NCBI GenBank assembly: GCA_029227215.1
Contig: JAQXZM010000029.1
Span: forward strand, 1 to 61,791
Length of the DNA stretch: 61,791 nt
Source: Bifidobacteriaceae bacterium
GTDB taxonomy: Bacteria; Actinomycetota; Actinomycetes; Actinomycetales; Bifidobacteriaceae
Direction: 5' to 3'
The notes below the pieces were generated by a model, which was not told where the DNA came from, did not search any database, and worked only from the letters and a program-made list of their open reading frames with translations. The position numbers and the translations under genes were made by a program. This document shows positions 20,110 through 30,316 of the stretch, in pieces (position 1 is the first letter of the stretch; each line of letters opens with the position of its first letter).

Positions 20110-20710
20110 CGGGAAGAGCGGCAATAACAGCAATAGCGGCAACCCCAGCAATCCCAGCCCCCATCTGGCGCACGCCACCGTGGCAGGGCGCGACCAGCAG
20201 CCGCCGACGCCGGGCATGCCGGTGGCCCAGGCGCTGAAACTCGACCTGACCGCGCTGCCCGCCCAGGTCTTTGCCGTCTACTGCCCCGATGGCGCTGCGG
20301 ACGAGGACTTGAAGCGCGAGAAGGCCCGCAACAGCTTCGGCGCCAAGGGCCGCGACCCGATGACGATCCAAAGCGTGCTCGCCCCGATGATGATGCGCGA
20401 CCCGGTGTGGCGCCGCGGCATCGCCGTCGCCCAGCTGCAGAGCAACTGGGAGCAGATCGTGGGCGACGGTATCGCACAGCACTGCCGGCCCGTCTCGTAT
20501 GTGAACGGCGTGCTCACCGTGGAGCCCTCGAGCACCGTGTGGGCCCAGCAGCTTGCGTTCCTGGCGCCGCAGATGTGCGAGGCGCTCAAGGCCCGCGTGC
20601 CTGGCCTCGACATCACCGCCGTGAAGGTGACGGCGCCCCGCAGGCCCACGTTCCGGCGTGGCAAGTGGGATACGAAAAAGGGCCGTGGCGTGCGCGACAC
20701 GTACTTCTGA
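20093..20710 (+). CDS. DUF721/DciA-family protein
   Basis: WEQIVGDGIAQHCRP...STVWAQQL...GRGVRDTY; between recF and gyrB. Confidence 0.85.
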   Translation: MPPHGDGKSGNNSNSGNPSNPSPHLAHATVAGRDQQPPTPGMPVAQALKLDLTALPAQVFAVYCPDGAADEDLKREKARNSFGAKGRDPMTIQSVLAPMMMRDPVWRRGIAVAQLQSNWEQIVGDGIAQHCRPVSYVNGVLTVEPSSTVWAQQLAFLAPQMCEALKARVPGLDITAVKVTAPRRPTFRRGKWDTKKGRGVRDTYF

Positions 20711-21184
20711 GGGCTTTCGGCGGACCGTCCGAGGCAGATCCGAGAAGAGGCTTCTGAAGGCTGTTGGCCGCTTCCGAGGTGCTTGTGGCGGGCGATGCTC
20801 GTGCCGCCGGATCGATGGCGGCTGGCCGGCACTGTCGCCAATGCTGGTTGTGTTGCAATGAAGCCGTTTCTAGGCGTTTGAGTCTCCGGGTCCTAGTAGG
20901 ATTACGGGTAGACATGGAATCATGCCGTAATGGGCCGTTTTTGTGGCGTACAGGGCATGTTCCGAAATTTTCGATGACGGTACGACATGGCAATTCCCGT
21001 GGCAGGTCCATCTGCAAGGTCATTGTGACGGTTTGGGCCGTCGCATCATGACGCGGGATTGCGATAGGGCGTCCGGCGCCGGCGGTGGCAGCAGGCCACT
21101 GGCCTGGGCTTTCGGGCTCCTTGGAGTATCGATCGTCTCGAACCTTTGAAAACACTAGGTGTAAACACTAGGAAGGAAGCTTTG

Positions 21185-23416
21185 GTGGCCGATTCCAACG
21201 ACGAACAGCCCGTGGGCATTCCCGAAGAAGCGCATGCCGAAGGCATGGCGGATTCCAACGCGACCCAATCACAATCTGAGCAATCACAATCAGAAAATCC
21301 ATCGAACGCTGACCAAGAAAACGCTAGCCAGGACGGCAGCCAGGTCGTCAACGCGCACGCCGAGGCGAACGCCGCCGTGCAGAACGACGAACTGACCGAT
21401 GCGCAGCTCGACGACTCCCTGGCGCCGCACCATTACGACGCCTCCGACCTCAAGGTGCTCGAAGGCCTCGAGGCCGTGCGCGTGCGACCGGGCATGTACA
21501 TCGGCTCCACCGGTCCGCGCGGCCTGCACCACCTGGTGTACGAGATCGTCGACAACTCCGTGGACGAGGCGCTTGCCGGTTATGCCACGCACATCGAAGT
21601 GACGATCCTGCCCGACAACGGCATCACCGTCGTCGACGATGGCCGTGGCATTCCGGTGGACGAGGTGCCGGGCGAGCACAAGTCCGGCGTCGAGGTCGTC
21701 ATGACGAAGCTCCACGCGGGTGGCAAGTTCGGCGGCGGCGGCTACGCGGTCTCCGGCGGCCTGCACGGCGTGGGCATCTCCGTGGTCAACGCCCTCTCCA
21801 CCCGCATGCACATCGAGGTGCGCCGTCAGGGCTACCACTGGACCCAGGATTACGTGAACCAGAAGCCGGTGGCTCCCCTTGCCAAGGGCGAACCGATGGC
21901 GGAAGGCGAGTCGACCGGTACGTCCGTGAGCTTCTGGGCGGATCCGGCGATCTTCGAGACCACCGAATTCGACTTCGAGACGCTGCGCAGCCGCTTCCAG
22001 CAGATGGCGTTCCTCAACAAGGGCCTGCGCATCTCGCTCACCGACCTGCGCCAGATCGACCAGGCGGGCGACGAAGTGGCCGGCGATGGCGACAACGTCA
22101 CCGAGGAGCTCCACGAAAGCGTGAGCTACCAGTACGTCAACGGCATCCGTGATTACGTGGACTTCCTCGTGAAGTCGAAGCACGCCACCCCGGTGGAGAA
22201 CGACATCATCGACTTCGAGGCCGAGGACCTCACCGTGGGCATCTCCGCCGAGATCGCGATGCAGTGGACGAACGCCTACTCCGAGTCCGTGCACACCTTC
22301 GCCAACACGATCACCACCACCGAGGGCGGCACGCATGAGGAAGGCTTCCGCGCCGCGCTCACCGGCCTGGTGAACCGCTACGCGCGCGAGAAGAACATCC
22401 TCAAAGACAAGGACGAGAACCTCTCTGGCGACGACGTGCGCGAAGGCCTTGTCGCCGTCGTGTCGGTCAAGCTCACGAACCCGCAGTTCGAAGGCCAGAC
22501 GAAGACGAAGCTGGGCAACTCGGAGGCGAAGACCTTCGTGCAGCGCGTCATGACCGAGAAGCTCTCCGACTGGTTCGACTCCCACCCCGCCGAGGCGAAG
22601 TCCATCGTGCTCAAGGGCATGGAGGCGTCCCGCGCCCGCATCGCCGCCAAGAAGGCGCGCGAATCCACGCGCCGCAAGTCCATCTTCGAATCCGCCGGCA
22701 TGCCCGACAAGCTCAAGGACTGCCAGTCCAACGATCCGTCGGAATGCGAGCTGTTCATCGTCGAGGGCGATTCGGCAGGCGGCTCCGCCATCCAGGGCCG
22801 CAACCCGATCACCCAGGCCATCCTGCCGCTGCGAGGCAAGATCTTGAACACGGAGCGCGCCTCGCTCGACCGCATGATGAAGTCCGACACGATCGAGTCG
22901 CTGATCACCGCCATCGGCGGCGGTTATGGCGAGAACTTCGACGTGAACAAGGTACGCTACCACAAGATCATCATCATGGCCGACGCCGATGTGGATGGTG
23001 CGCATATCGCCACGCTCAACCTCACGCTGTTCTTCCGCTACATGCGCCCGATGATCTACGCCGGCTACGTGTACGTCGCCATGCCGCCGCTGTACCGCAT
23101 CAAGTGGACCAAGGGCCCGCACGACTTCGTGTACACCGACGCCGAGCGCGACCGCGTGCTCGCCGAAGGCAAGGCCGCCGGCAGGCAGCTGCCCAAGGGC
23201 GAAGGCATCCAGCGCTACAAGGGCCTGGGCGAGATGACGTACCAGGAGCTGTGGGAGACCACCATGGACCCTGACCACCGCATTTTGAAGCAGGTGCACA
23301 TCGAGGACGCCGCCCAGGCGGACGAGACGTTCTCGATGCTCATGGGCGACGACGTGGAACCGCGCCGTCTGTTCATCCAGCGCAACGCGCACGACGCACG
23401 CTTCATCGACGCGTGA
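21185..23416 (+). CDS. gyrB: DNA gyrase subunit B
   Basis: LEAVRVRPGMYIG, EGDSAGG, PLRGK, DADVDG, QRYKGLGEM; GTG start after GGAAGG. Confidence 0.97.
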   Translation: MADSNDEQPVGIPEEAHAEGMADSNATQSQSEQSQSENPSNADQENASQDGSQVVNAHAEANAAVQNDELTDAQLDDSLAPHHYDASDLKVLEGLEAVRVRPGMYIGSTGPRGLHHLVYEIVDNSVDEALAGYATHIEVTILPDNGITVVDDGRGIPVDEVPGEHKSGVEVVMTKLHAGGKFGGGGYAVSGGLHGVGISVVNALSTRMHIEVRRQGYHWTQDYVNQKPVAPLAKGEPMAEGESTGTSVSFWADPAIFETTEFDFETLRSRFQQMAFLNKGLRISLTDLRQIDQAGDEVAGDGDNVTEELHESVSYQYVNGIRDYVDFLVKSKHATPVENDIIDFEAEDLTVGISAEIAMQWTNAYSESVHTFANTITTTEGGTHEEGFRAALTGLVNRYAREKNILKDKDENLSGDDVREGLVAVVSVKLTNPQFEGQTKTKLGNSEAKTFVQRVMTEKLSDWFDSHPAEAKSIVLKGMEASRARIAAKKARESTRRKSIFESAGMPDKLKDCQSNDPSECELFIVEGDSAGGSAIQGRNPITQAILPLRGKILNTERASLDRMMKSDTIESLITAIGGGYGENFDVNKVRYHKIIIMADADVDGAHIATLNLTLFFRYMRPMIYAGYVYVAMPPLYRIKWTKGPHDFVYTDAERDRVLAEGKAAGRQLPKGEGIQRYKGLGEMTYQELWETTMDPDHRILKQVHIEDAAQADETFSMLMGDDVEPRRLFIQRNAHDARFIDA

Positions 23417-23484
23417 CGTGGTGTGCTGCGTGTGCCGCATATGCGGCGCATGCGAAGCGCCACATGTGATGTCTCACCCAGGCT

Positions 23485-23536
23485 GTGTGGTTTGCGGTAT
23501 CGAGAGGCGATGACCCGCCGATACCGCAAACCACAC
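23485..23536. repeat. Inverted pair of family C 16-mers between gyrB and gyrA
   Basis: TGTGGTTTGCGGTATC (23486-23501), 18 nt, GATACCGCAAACCACA (23520-23535). Confidence 0.75.
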
Positions 23537-23646
23537 GAATGGCGCAGAGCATAGGCGATGCGGCGCGTGCGGCGCAGTCCCGATACCAGTGGCACCATTC
23601 GATACCAGCGTTTGAGAACTTTCGATAATCCAAGGAATCCAAGGCA

Positions 23647-26481
23647 ATGGCAGATGACAACTTCACCGGCGACGAGCCGGACAACGACGACCAGATCCAC
23701 GGCCTCGACAACAACAGCGAACCGCTGAGCCCCCAGGAGGCCGATACCACCGACTACGGCCTGCTCAAGGGCCAGCGCGTGCAGCCCATCGACCTGCAGC
23801 AGGAGATGCGCGAGTCGTACCTCGCCTACGCGCTCTCGGTGATCGTGGAGCGCGCGCTCCCCGATGTGCGCGACGGCATGAAGCCGGTGCACCGCCGCGT
23901 GATCTACGCGATGTACGACGGTGGCTACCGCCCCGACCGCGGCTACAACAAGTGCTCCCGCGTGGTGGGCGACGTGATGGGCAAGTACCACCCGCACGGC
24001 GACGCCGCCATCTACGACACGCTCGTGCGCATGGCACAGACGTGGAGCATGCGCTACCTGCTCGTGGACGGCCAGGGCAACTTCGGCTCCCCGGGCGACG
24101 ACCCGGCGGCCGCCATGCGTTACACCGAATGCCGTCTGGCGCCGCTCGCGATGGAGATGGTGCGCGACATCGACAAAGACACCGTCGACTTCCAGCCCAA
24201 CTACGACGGCAAGACGCAGGAGCCGGTGGTGCTCCCCAGCCGCTTCCCGAACCTTCTGGTCAACGGCTCCAGCGGCATCGCCGTGGGCATGGCCACGAAC
24301 ATCCCGCCCCACAACATGCGTGAGGTGGCGGACGGCGTGCACTGGGCGCTCGACCACCCGGACGCCTCCCGCGAGGAGCTGCTCGACGCGCTCATCCAGC
24401 GCATCAAGGGCCCGGACTTCCCCACCGGCGCCACGATCCTGGGCCACAAGGGCATCGAACAGGCCTACCGCACCGGCCGCGGCCTCATCACGATGCGCGC
24501 CGTGGTCAACACCGAGGAGATCCGCGGGCGCATGTGCCTCGTGGTCACCGAGCTGCCGTACCAGGTGAACCCCGACCGCCTCGTCGTCTCGATCCGCGAA
24601 GCGGTGCGCGATGGCAAGATCAGCGGCATCGCCGACATGCGCGACGAGACCTCCGGCCGCACCGGCCAGCGCCTCGTGCTCGTGCTCAAGCGCGACGCAG
24701 TGCCCAAGGTGGTGCTCAACAACCTGTACAAGCACACGCAGCTGCAACAGACCTTCGGCGCCAACATGCTCGCCCTCGTGGACGGCGTGCCGCGCACGCT
24801 GAGCCTTGATGCATTCGTCAAGCACTGGGTGGACTTCCAGCTCGAAGTCGTCGAGCGCCGCACGCGGTACTTGAAGCGCGAGGCCGAGGAACGCGACCAC
24901 ATCCTGCAGGGCTACCTCAAGGCCCTCGACATGATCGACGAGGTCATCGCCCTCATCCGCCGCTCCCCCACCGTAGAAGCCGCGCGCGCAGGCCTCATGG
25001 ACCTGCTCGACGTGGACGAGGTGCAGGCCGACGCCATCCTTGCGATGCAGCTGCGCCGCCTCGCCGCCCTCGAACGCCAGAAGATCCTCGACGAACACGA
25101 GGAGCTGCAGCGCAAGATCGCCGACTACAACGACATCCTCGCCAGCCCCCAGCGCCAGCGCACGATCGTGGGCGATGAGCTCGACGAGATCGTGGAGAAG
25201 TACGGCGACGAGCGCCGCACGCGCATCCTGCCGTACTCCGGCGAGGTGAACATGGAAGACCTCATCGCCGACGAGAATGTGGTCGTCACCGTGACGCACA
25301 GCGGCTACATCAAGCGCACCAAGGTGGACGAGTACCGCGCCCAGCACCGCGGCGGCAAGGGCATCAAGGGCGCACGCCTGCGCGAGGACGACGTGGTGGA
25401 TCACTTCTTCCTCACGAGTACTCACAACTGGCTGCTGTTCTTCACCAACAAGGGCCGCGTGTACCGCTTGAAGGCATACGAGGTGCCGGAAGGCGGCCGT
25501 GATGCCAAGGGCCAGCATGTGGCGAACCTGCTGCAGCTCGAGCCGGGCGAGAACATCCAGCAGGTGCTTTCGATTCACGACTATGACGACGCGCAGTACC
25601 TGGTGCTCGCCACCCGCAGCGGCAAGATCAAGAAGACCCGCCTCGCCGAGTACGATTCGGCGCGCCAGGGCGGCCTCATCGCCATTCGCCTGAACGAGAT
25701 CGAAGGCCAGACGACCACCGATGAGGACGGCAACGAAGTGCCGGTGATCGACGAGCTCATCGGCGCCGCGCTGTGCAACGCGGAAGACAACATCATCGTG
25801 GTCTCCGAACGCGGCATGTCGGTGCGGTTCTCCGCCGACGACACCGTGCTGCGCCCGATGGGCCGCCAGACGGCCGGCGTGCAGGCGATGAAGTTCAAGG
25901 GCGAGCCGGGCGATGACCTGCTGCTCAGCATGGACGTGGTGCCCGCCGACTCCGACGCCGACCTGCTGTTGGTGACCAGCGAGGGCTACGCGAAGCGCAC
26001 CGCGCTGAGCGAATACCGACTCCAGGGCCGCAACGGCTTCGGCGTCAAGGCCATCAACATGGTGGAGGGCCGCGGCGAGCTTGTGGGCGCGCTCGTGGTC
26101 AACGACACCGACCAGGTGATGGCGATCATGAAGTCCGGCAAGGTGATCCGCTCCGACGTGAACGAGGTGAACCGCACAGGCCGCAACACCCAGGGCGTCA
26201 CGCTCGCCAAGCCCGACGAGGGCGACGAGATCATCTCCATCGCGCGCAATGCCGAGACGGATGATGCCGCCGATGGCGAGGCTGGCGAGACGGCTGGCGC
26301 TGGCGCAGCTGGCGAGGCTGGCGGTGCTGATGGCGCTGCCAATGGCGCTGGTGATGGTGCGATGGCTGCGGTTTCCGCCGATGGCGCGAACCGTGAAGAT
26401 AGTGCAAAGATTGGCGCGGAAAGCGGCGAATCGGGCGCTGAGACGGCTGGTACGTCTCAAGACGCTGATAATGTCGCCTAA
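23647..26481 (+). CDS. gyrA: DNA gyrase subunit A
   Basis: [17 protein letters not shown], GyrA-box QHRGGKG. Confidence 0.97.
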   Translation: MADDNFTGDEPDNDDQIHGLDNNSEPLSPQEADTTDYGLLKGQRVQPIDLQQEMRESYLAYALSVIVERALPDVRDGMKPVHRRVIYAMYDGGYRPDRGYNKCSRVVGDVMGKYHPHGDAAIYDTLVRMAQTWSMRYLLVDGQGNFGSPGDDPAAAMRYTECRLAPLAMEMVRDIDKDTVDFQPNYDGKTQEPVVLPSRFPNLLVNGSSGIAVGMATNIPPHNMREVADGVHWALDHPDASREELLDALIQRIKGPDFPTGATILGHKGIEQAYRTGRGLITMRAVVNTEEIRGRMCLVVTELPYQVNPDRLVVSIREAVRDGKISGIADMRDETSGRTGQRLVLVLKRDAVPKVVLNNLYKHTQLQQTFGANMLALVDGVPRTLSLDAFVKHWVDFQLEVVERRTRYLKREAEERDHILQGYLKALDMIDEVIALIRRSPTVEAARAGLMDLLDVDEVQADAILAMQLRRLAALERQKILDEHEELQRKIADYNDILASPQRQRTIVGDELDEIVEKYGDERRTRILPYSGEVNMEDLIADENVVVTVTHSGYIKRTKVDEYRAQHRGGKGIKGARLREDDVVDHFFLTSTHNWLLFFTNKGRVYRLKAYEVPEGGRDAKGQHVANLLQLEPGENIQQVLSIHDYDDAQYLVLATRSGKIKKTRLAEYDSARQGGLIAIRLNEIEGQTTTDEDGNEVPVIDELIGAALCNAEDNIIVVSERGMSVRFSADDTVLRPMGRQTAGVQAMKFKGEPGDDLLLSMDVVPADSDADLLLVTSEGYAKRTALSEYRLQGRNGFGVKAINMVEGRGELVGALVVNDTDQVMAIMKSGKVIRSDVNEVNRTGRNTQGVTLAKPDEGDEIISIARNAETDDAADGEAGETAGAGAAGEAGGADGAANGAGDGAMAAVSADGANREDSAKIGAESGESGAETAGTSQDADNVA

Positions 26482-26633
26482 AGAATGACGCATAAAGGCG
26501 TGCGGTGGCGTGTGCGGGGGACGTGCACGCCACCGCACGCCAGGCACAGGTTGGCACAGGCTGGTCGCACGTCATCGTGCGTGAGGGCCAGTGCTCGGTA
26601 TGTATGCGAAACATGGAAGTGCAAGGTGAAGGC

Positions 26634-27443
26634 ATGAGCGATAGCAACATCACGCCGAACGTGAATCCGAACGCCGGAGCGGCTAGCACCGGTTCGGCAA
26701 ACGCAGGGTACGCGCAAGGCGGGTATGCCGCAGCACCATCGAGCGATGCCATGCCGCGCAGCACGCGCTCCGCGTCGTCGTCCATCTTCCCGGCGGTTCC
26801 CGCCGCCAACGCCGCAGGCGCTCAGAACGCCGCGGCTGGTGCTGCGCCTTCGGGTGAGTTCGCCGCACGTTCGGGTGAGTTCGCCGCTTCCGGCCGCGCT
26901 CCTCGCTCCGCGCACTCCGAGGCGCCGCGCGTCGCAGGCGCCGCGATCGGTGCCACGCCTGGTCTTGCCGCTCCGGTGCACTCCACGCTGGAGAGCGTGC
27001 CTGCCACGCATTCGGCACATCGCCCGGCGGTATCTGGCAGCGAAGGCACCTCCGACGCGCAACGCCACCACAAGGTGCCGCGCGCCCGCCGCATGAAGCT
27101 CTCGCTCACGCGCATCGACCCGTGGTCCGCCACGAAGGTCGGGTTCATGCTGTCGTTCGCCATCTCGCTGATTCTGCTGGTGGCGCTCAGCGTGGCATGG
27201 AGCGTGTTCATGGGCTCCAACGCCATGAACTCCATCAACTCGCTCGTTTCGAGCAGCGGCCTGGATTCGATGACGTCGAGCTTCTCGTCCATCTTCTCGA
27301 CGGGCCACGTGATCAGCGTGCTCGCGATCCTGGGCGTGTTCAACACCGTGCTGTGGACGCTGCTGGCAGCGATCTTCGCATTCCTCTACAACATCACCGC
27401 CCGCCTTGTGGGCGGCCTGAGGGTCACGCTGGGCGATGACTGA
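26634..27443 (+). CDS. DUF3566 membrane protein
   Basis: RARRMKLSLTRIDPWSATK...LYNITARLVGGLRVTL; position after gyrA. Confidence 0.88.
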   Translation: MSDSNITPNVNPNAGAASTGSANAGYAQGGYAAAPSSDAMPRSTRSASSSIFPAVPAANAAGAQNAAAGAAPSGEFAARSGEFAASGRAPRSAHSEAPRVAGAAIGATPGLAAPVHSTLESVPATHSAHRPAVSGSEGTSDAQRHHKVPRARRMKLSLTRIDPWSATKVGFMLSFAISLILLVALSVAWSVFMGSNAMNSINSLVSSSGLDSMTSSFSSIFSTGHVISVLAILGVFNTVLWTLLAAIFAFLYNITARLVGGLRVTLGDD

Positions 27444-27484
27444 TTAGCGTCTGGCATGAATCAGCGGGCATGAACTGAGGTCTT

Positions 27485-28861
27485 ATGACGATCAACGAGC
27501 CGTTCCCATCCACCAACGATGGGGACGGCTCGCCTGCATTTCTCTCACGGTGGGAGCCTGACCGGTGGCTGCCCGGCTACCAGCAGTGCACCGCGTACTT
27601 CATGGAGACCGATGACGAGGGGCAGGTCATAGCCACCTTTGTGCGCAAGGACCCGCAGACGCTGTTGCCCGGCGCGCAATGGCGGCGCTTCAAGCGCAAG
27701 GCGATCTGGCGCAATCCTGCCGCGATCCTGTACATCCACGGGTGGAACGACCACTTCTACCGCCGCCATGCCTCGGAGTTCTGGGAAAGCATGGGCGTGC
27801 GTTTCTACGCCGTGGACCTGCCCAAGTTCGGGCGCAGCTACCGGCACGGGCAGACGCCTGGCTACACCGAGGACCTGCACAGCTACTTCCCCGTGCTTGA
27901 CGCGCTGCGCGATCAGATTGTGCGTGAGTGCGGGCCGCATGTGAGGATCCTCGTCATCGGGCATTCGATGGGTGGGCTCATCGCCTCGCTGTGGATGCAT
28001 CACCGCCGCCCGCACCATGTGACCGCGCTCATGCTCAACTCCCCGTGGTTGGAGCTGCAGCTGACGCGCTTCGGCCGCTGGCTCACCACGCCGGTGGTGC
28101 GCGGCGTCACGATGATGGGCGGCAAGACCGCCATGCCGCTCAACGATCCCGGCTTCTACTCGCGCACGCTCTACAAGTCCCGCGGTGGGCTGTGGCATTA
28201 CGAGCGGTACCAGCTGCCTGAGAGCATTCAGTTCCAGCCGCGCGCCGGGTGGATGAACGCCATCTACAACGGGCAGGACGAGGTTGCCAAGGGGCTCGAC
28301 ATCCAGGTGCCGGTGCTCGTGTGCACGTCGGAGAAATCGCTGATACAGACCCGCTGGGACCCGCAGATGGCACGGGCGGACACCGTGCTCGACGTGCAGT
28401 CCGTGCGCAAGGCGGCGGTGAACCTGGGGCATGTGGTGACGCTCGTGTCGATTCCCGGGGCATTGCACGATATCTCGATGTCGGCGCCCGATGCGCGGCG
28501 TGAGTACTTCCGTGTGGGGCTCGAATGGGCGAGCCAATGGGCGTGGGGCGACAGCCATGTGGACCGCCGCGCCGAGCGCAAGGCGCTCGATGCCGTGTGC
28601 GCTGCGGATGGCAACGAGGGCTGGGATGCCGAGGATGGCGATGGGGATGGTGCTGCCGGGAACGGTGGCGCCGGTGACTCAGGCGGTGCTGATGCAGGCG
28701 ATGCAGACGGCACCCACAGCGGCGAGAATGCCGGTGATGGTGGTGTGACCGATTCCTCTGCACGTGGTGATGACTCACAGGCCACCAACAGTGGGGTTGA
28801 GGGTATCAAAGGTGTGGGTGATGGCGATACCGTAGACTCTACTGCTGCTACTGATGTATAG
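27485..28861 (+). CDS. Alpha/beta hydrolase (lysophospholipase-like)
   Basis: HGWNDHF, GHSMGG, D...GALHD catalytic motifs; acidic G/D tail. Confidence 0.85.
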   Translation: MTINEPFPSTNDGDGSPAFLSRWEPDRWLPGYQQCTAYFMETDDEGQVIATFVRKDPQTLLPGAQWRRFKRKAIWRNPAAILYIHGWNDHFYRRHASEFWESMGVRFYAVDLPKFGRSYRHGQTPGYTEDLHSYFPVLDALRDQIVRECGPHVRILVIGHSMGGLIASLWMHHRRPHHVTALMLNSPWLELQLTRFGRWLTTPVVRGVTMMGGKTAMPLNDPGFYSRTLYKSRGGLWHYERYQLPESIQFQPRAGWMNAIYNGQDEVAKGLDIQVPVLVCTSEKSLIQTRWDPQMARADTVLDVQSVRKAAVNLGHVVTLVSIPGALHDISMSAPDARREYFRVGLEWASQWAWGDSHVDRRAERKALDAVCAADGNEGWDAEDGDGDGAAGNGGAGDSGGADAGDADGTHSGENAGDGGVTDSSARGDDSQATNSGVEGIKGVGDGDTVDSTAATDV

Positions 28862-29031
28862 AATGGCTAAATATCAGTGAAAATCCATTGCAATACCACA
28901 AACCACACAGGGTGTGTGGTTTGTGGTATTGATAATAGATGCTTCAAACTACATATGAAATGGAGTCCACGGTATCAATGAATGATACTGTGGACTCCAA
29001 TGATTTTCTCGAACTGATACCGCGAACTACA
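28792..29031. repeat. Cluster of family C 16-mers/hairpins between convergent genes
   Basis: Half-sites at 28792, 28826, 28892, 28915, 28961, 28984, 29016; perfect 19-bp inverted repeat at 28891-28931. Confidence 0.75.
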
Positions 29032-30082
29032 GTGCTGGTGACAGGATGACCAGATACACCGCCACACAGTGGCAGGACCATCCGAGCAGCGTGCCCAGGT
29101 GAAACACCTCGTGGTATTCGAACCAGCCGGGTGCCAGGATCGGCTTGCGCAGGGCGAAGCATACGGCACCGGCGATGTAGCATGCGCCGCCGGCGATGAT
29201 GAGCCAGCACACGGCAGGGCCTGCAGCGGGCGCATGCCATAGCAGCGGCAACAGCACGGCGATGGCGAGTCCCAGTGCGCAGTAGATGATGGTGAAGAAC
29301 CAATCCGGGCCTTTCTTCCACACCGCGTGTGTGACGATGCCCACGATGGCGAGCCCCCAGATGATGCCGAGATATGGCCAGATGATGCGGTGCGGCAGTG
29401 CGAGGGCGATGGGTGTGTTCGTGCCGGCGATGGTGAGGAAGATGTTCGAGTAGTCGATGGCGCACATCGCGTCGTGCTTGCGGCGCGAGTGCCAATGGAT
29501 GAGGTGCAGGCAGGCGCTGATGCCGAAGAGCAGCATCGATGTGGCGGCGTACAGGCTGCAGGCGAGCTTGGCGACGCCGGTGGGTGCGAGGCAGATGAGC
29601 GTGACGGTGGCGCCCACGCACAGCGGGAACATGCCGGCGTGCAGCCATCCGCGCATACGCGGGTGATGCTCGCCCAGGTAATCGGTGGGTTCGATGGCGA
29701 GCCCGCGGCGAATGGCTTCGCGCTTGGCTTGCTTGAGCTCCTTGCGGGCCGAGCGGCGGCGACGGCGGGCTTGGTCGAGATCGCGCACCGAGGCGCGATC
29801 GCTCTGTGCCGCCGAGCCCAAACGCTTCATGGTACTAAGGTCCGCAGCACGCCGCGTAGCAGTATCCTCACGGCGCAGGGCAGGGTCAGCGTGGTCCAAA
29901 TCCAACTGCACCGATTGCTTCGGAGTGTTCTTGGTGGGGCGCTGCGTAGGTTTCGCCGTGGATGCCGCGGCGACGGACGGTTTGGCGGACTGCTTGGCAT
30001 CCTGCTTTGCGGGGTGCTTTGTGGACTGCGCCGTGGCTTGTTCCTGTGGCTTCCGTGCTGGTATTGCCGATTCCTCCGACAT
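29027..30082 (-). CDS. Hemolysin III / PAQR-family membrane protein
   Basis: PRMRGWLH, SACLH, IDYSNIFLTIAGTNTP, YHEVFH; multiple TM helices. Confidence 0.9.
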   Translation of the reverse strand: MSEESAIPARKPQEQATAQSTKHPAKQDAKQSAKPSVAAASTAKPTQRPTKNTPKQSVQLDLDHADPALRREDTATRRAADLSTMKRLGSAAQSDRASVRDLDQARRRRRSARKELKQAKREAIRRGLAIEPTDYLGEHHPRMRGWLHAGMFPLCVGATVTLICLAPTGVAKLACSLYAATSMLLFGISACLHLIHWHSRRKHDAMCAIDYSNIFLTIAGTNTPIALALPHRIIWPYLGIIWGLAIVGIVTHAVWKKGPDWFFTIIYCALGLAIAVLLPLLWHAPAAGPAVCWLIIAGGACYIAGAVCFALRKPILAPGWFEYHEVFHLGTLLGWSCHCVAVYLVILSPAL

Positions 30083-30316
30083 GGAACGCTCCTTTCCTGC
30101 TGGTCGTGCCGTGACCTAGTTCTAATCGATAACTTACTACAACGTAACTTGGTTGTCTGCCGGTGCAATTCACCAAGCACTGCGGTGTGCACACGCGAGG
30201 CGCTTGACAGCGCGATGAAACAAGTATTGTGGGAACAGCGCGGTTCGCGAATGGCTCGGATACGCCGAATGCGAGCGGCAACGTGGCAGCGTTGACAAAG
30301 AGCAAGGAGAGCGAAG

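Noticed and set aside
14375..26547. Long antisense ORFs (694, 716 and 1110 aa) opposite dnaA, gyrB and gyrA, and similar shadows elsewhere
   Set aside because: Expected artefact of GC-rich codon bias; no motifs or RBS
27444..27484. tRNA-Ile/Ala after DUF3566 (and tRNA-Leu near fhaA), as in mycobacteria
   Set aside because: No cloverleaf or T-loop motif seen here or elsewhere in the window
28838..28862. DnaA-trio-like CTACTGCTGCTACT
   Set aside because: Inside a coding tail with no adjacent DnaA box
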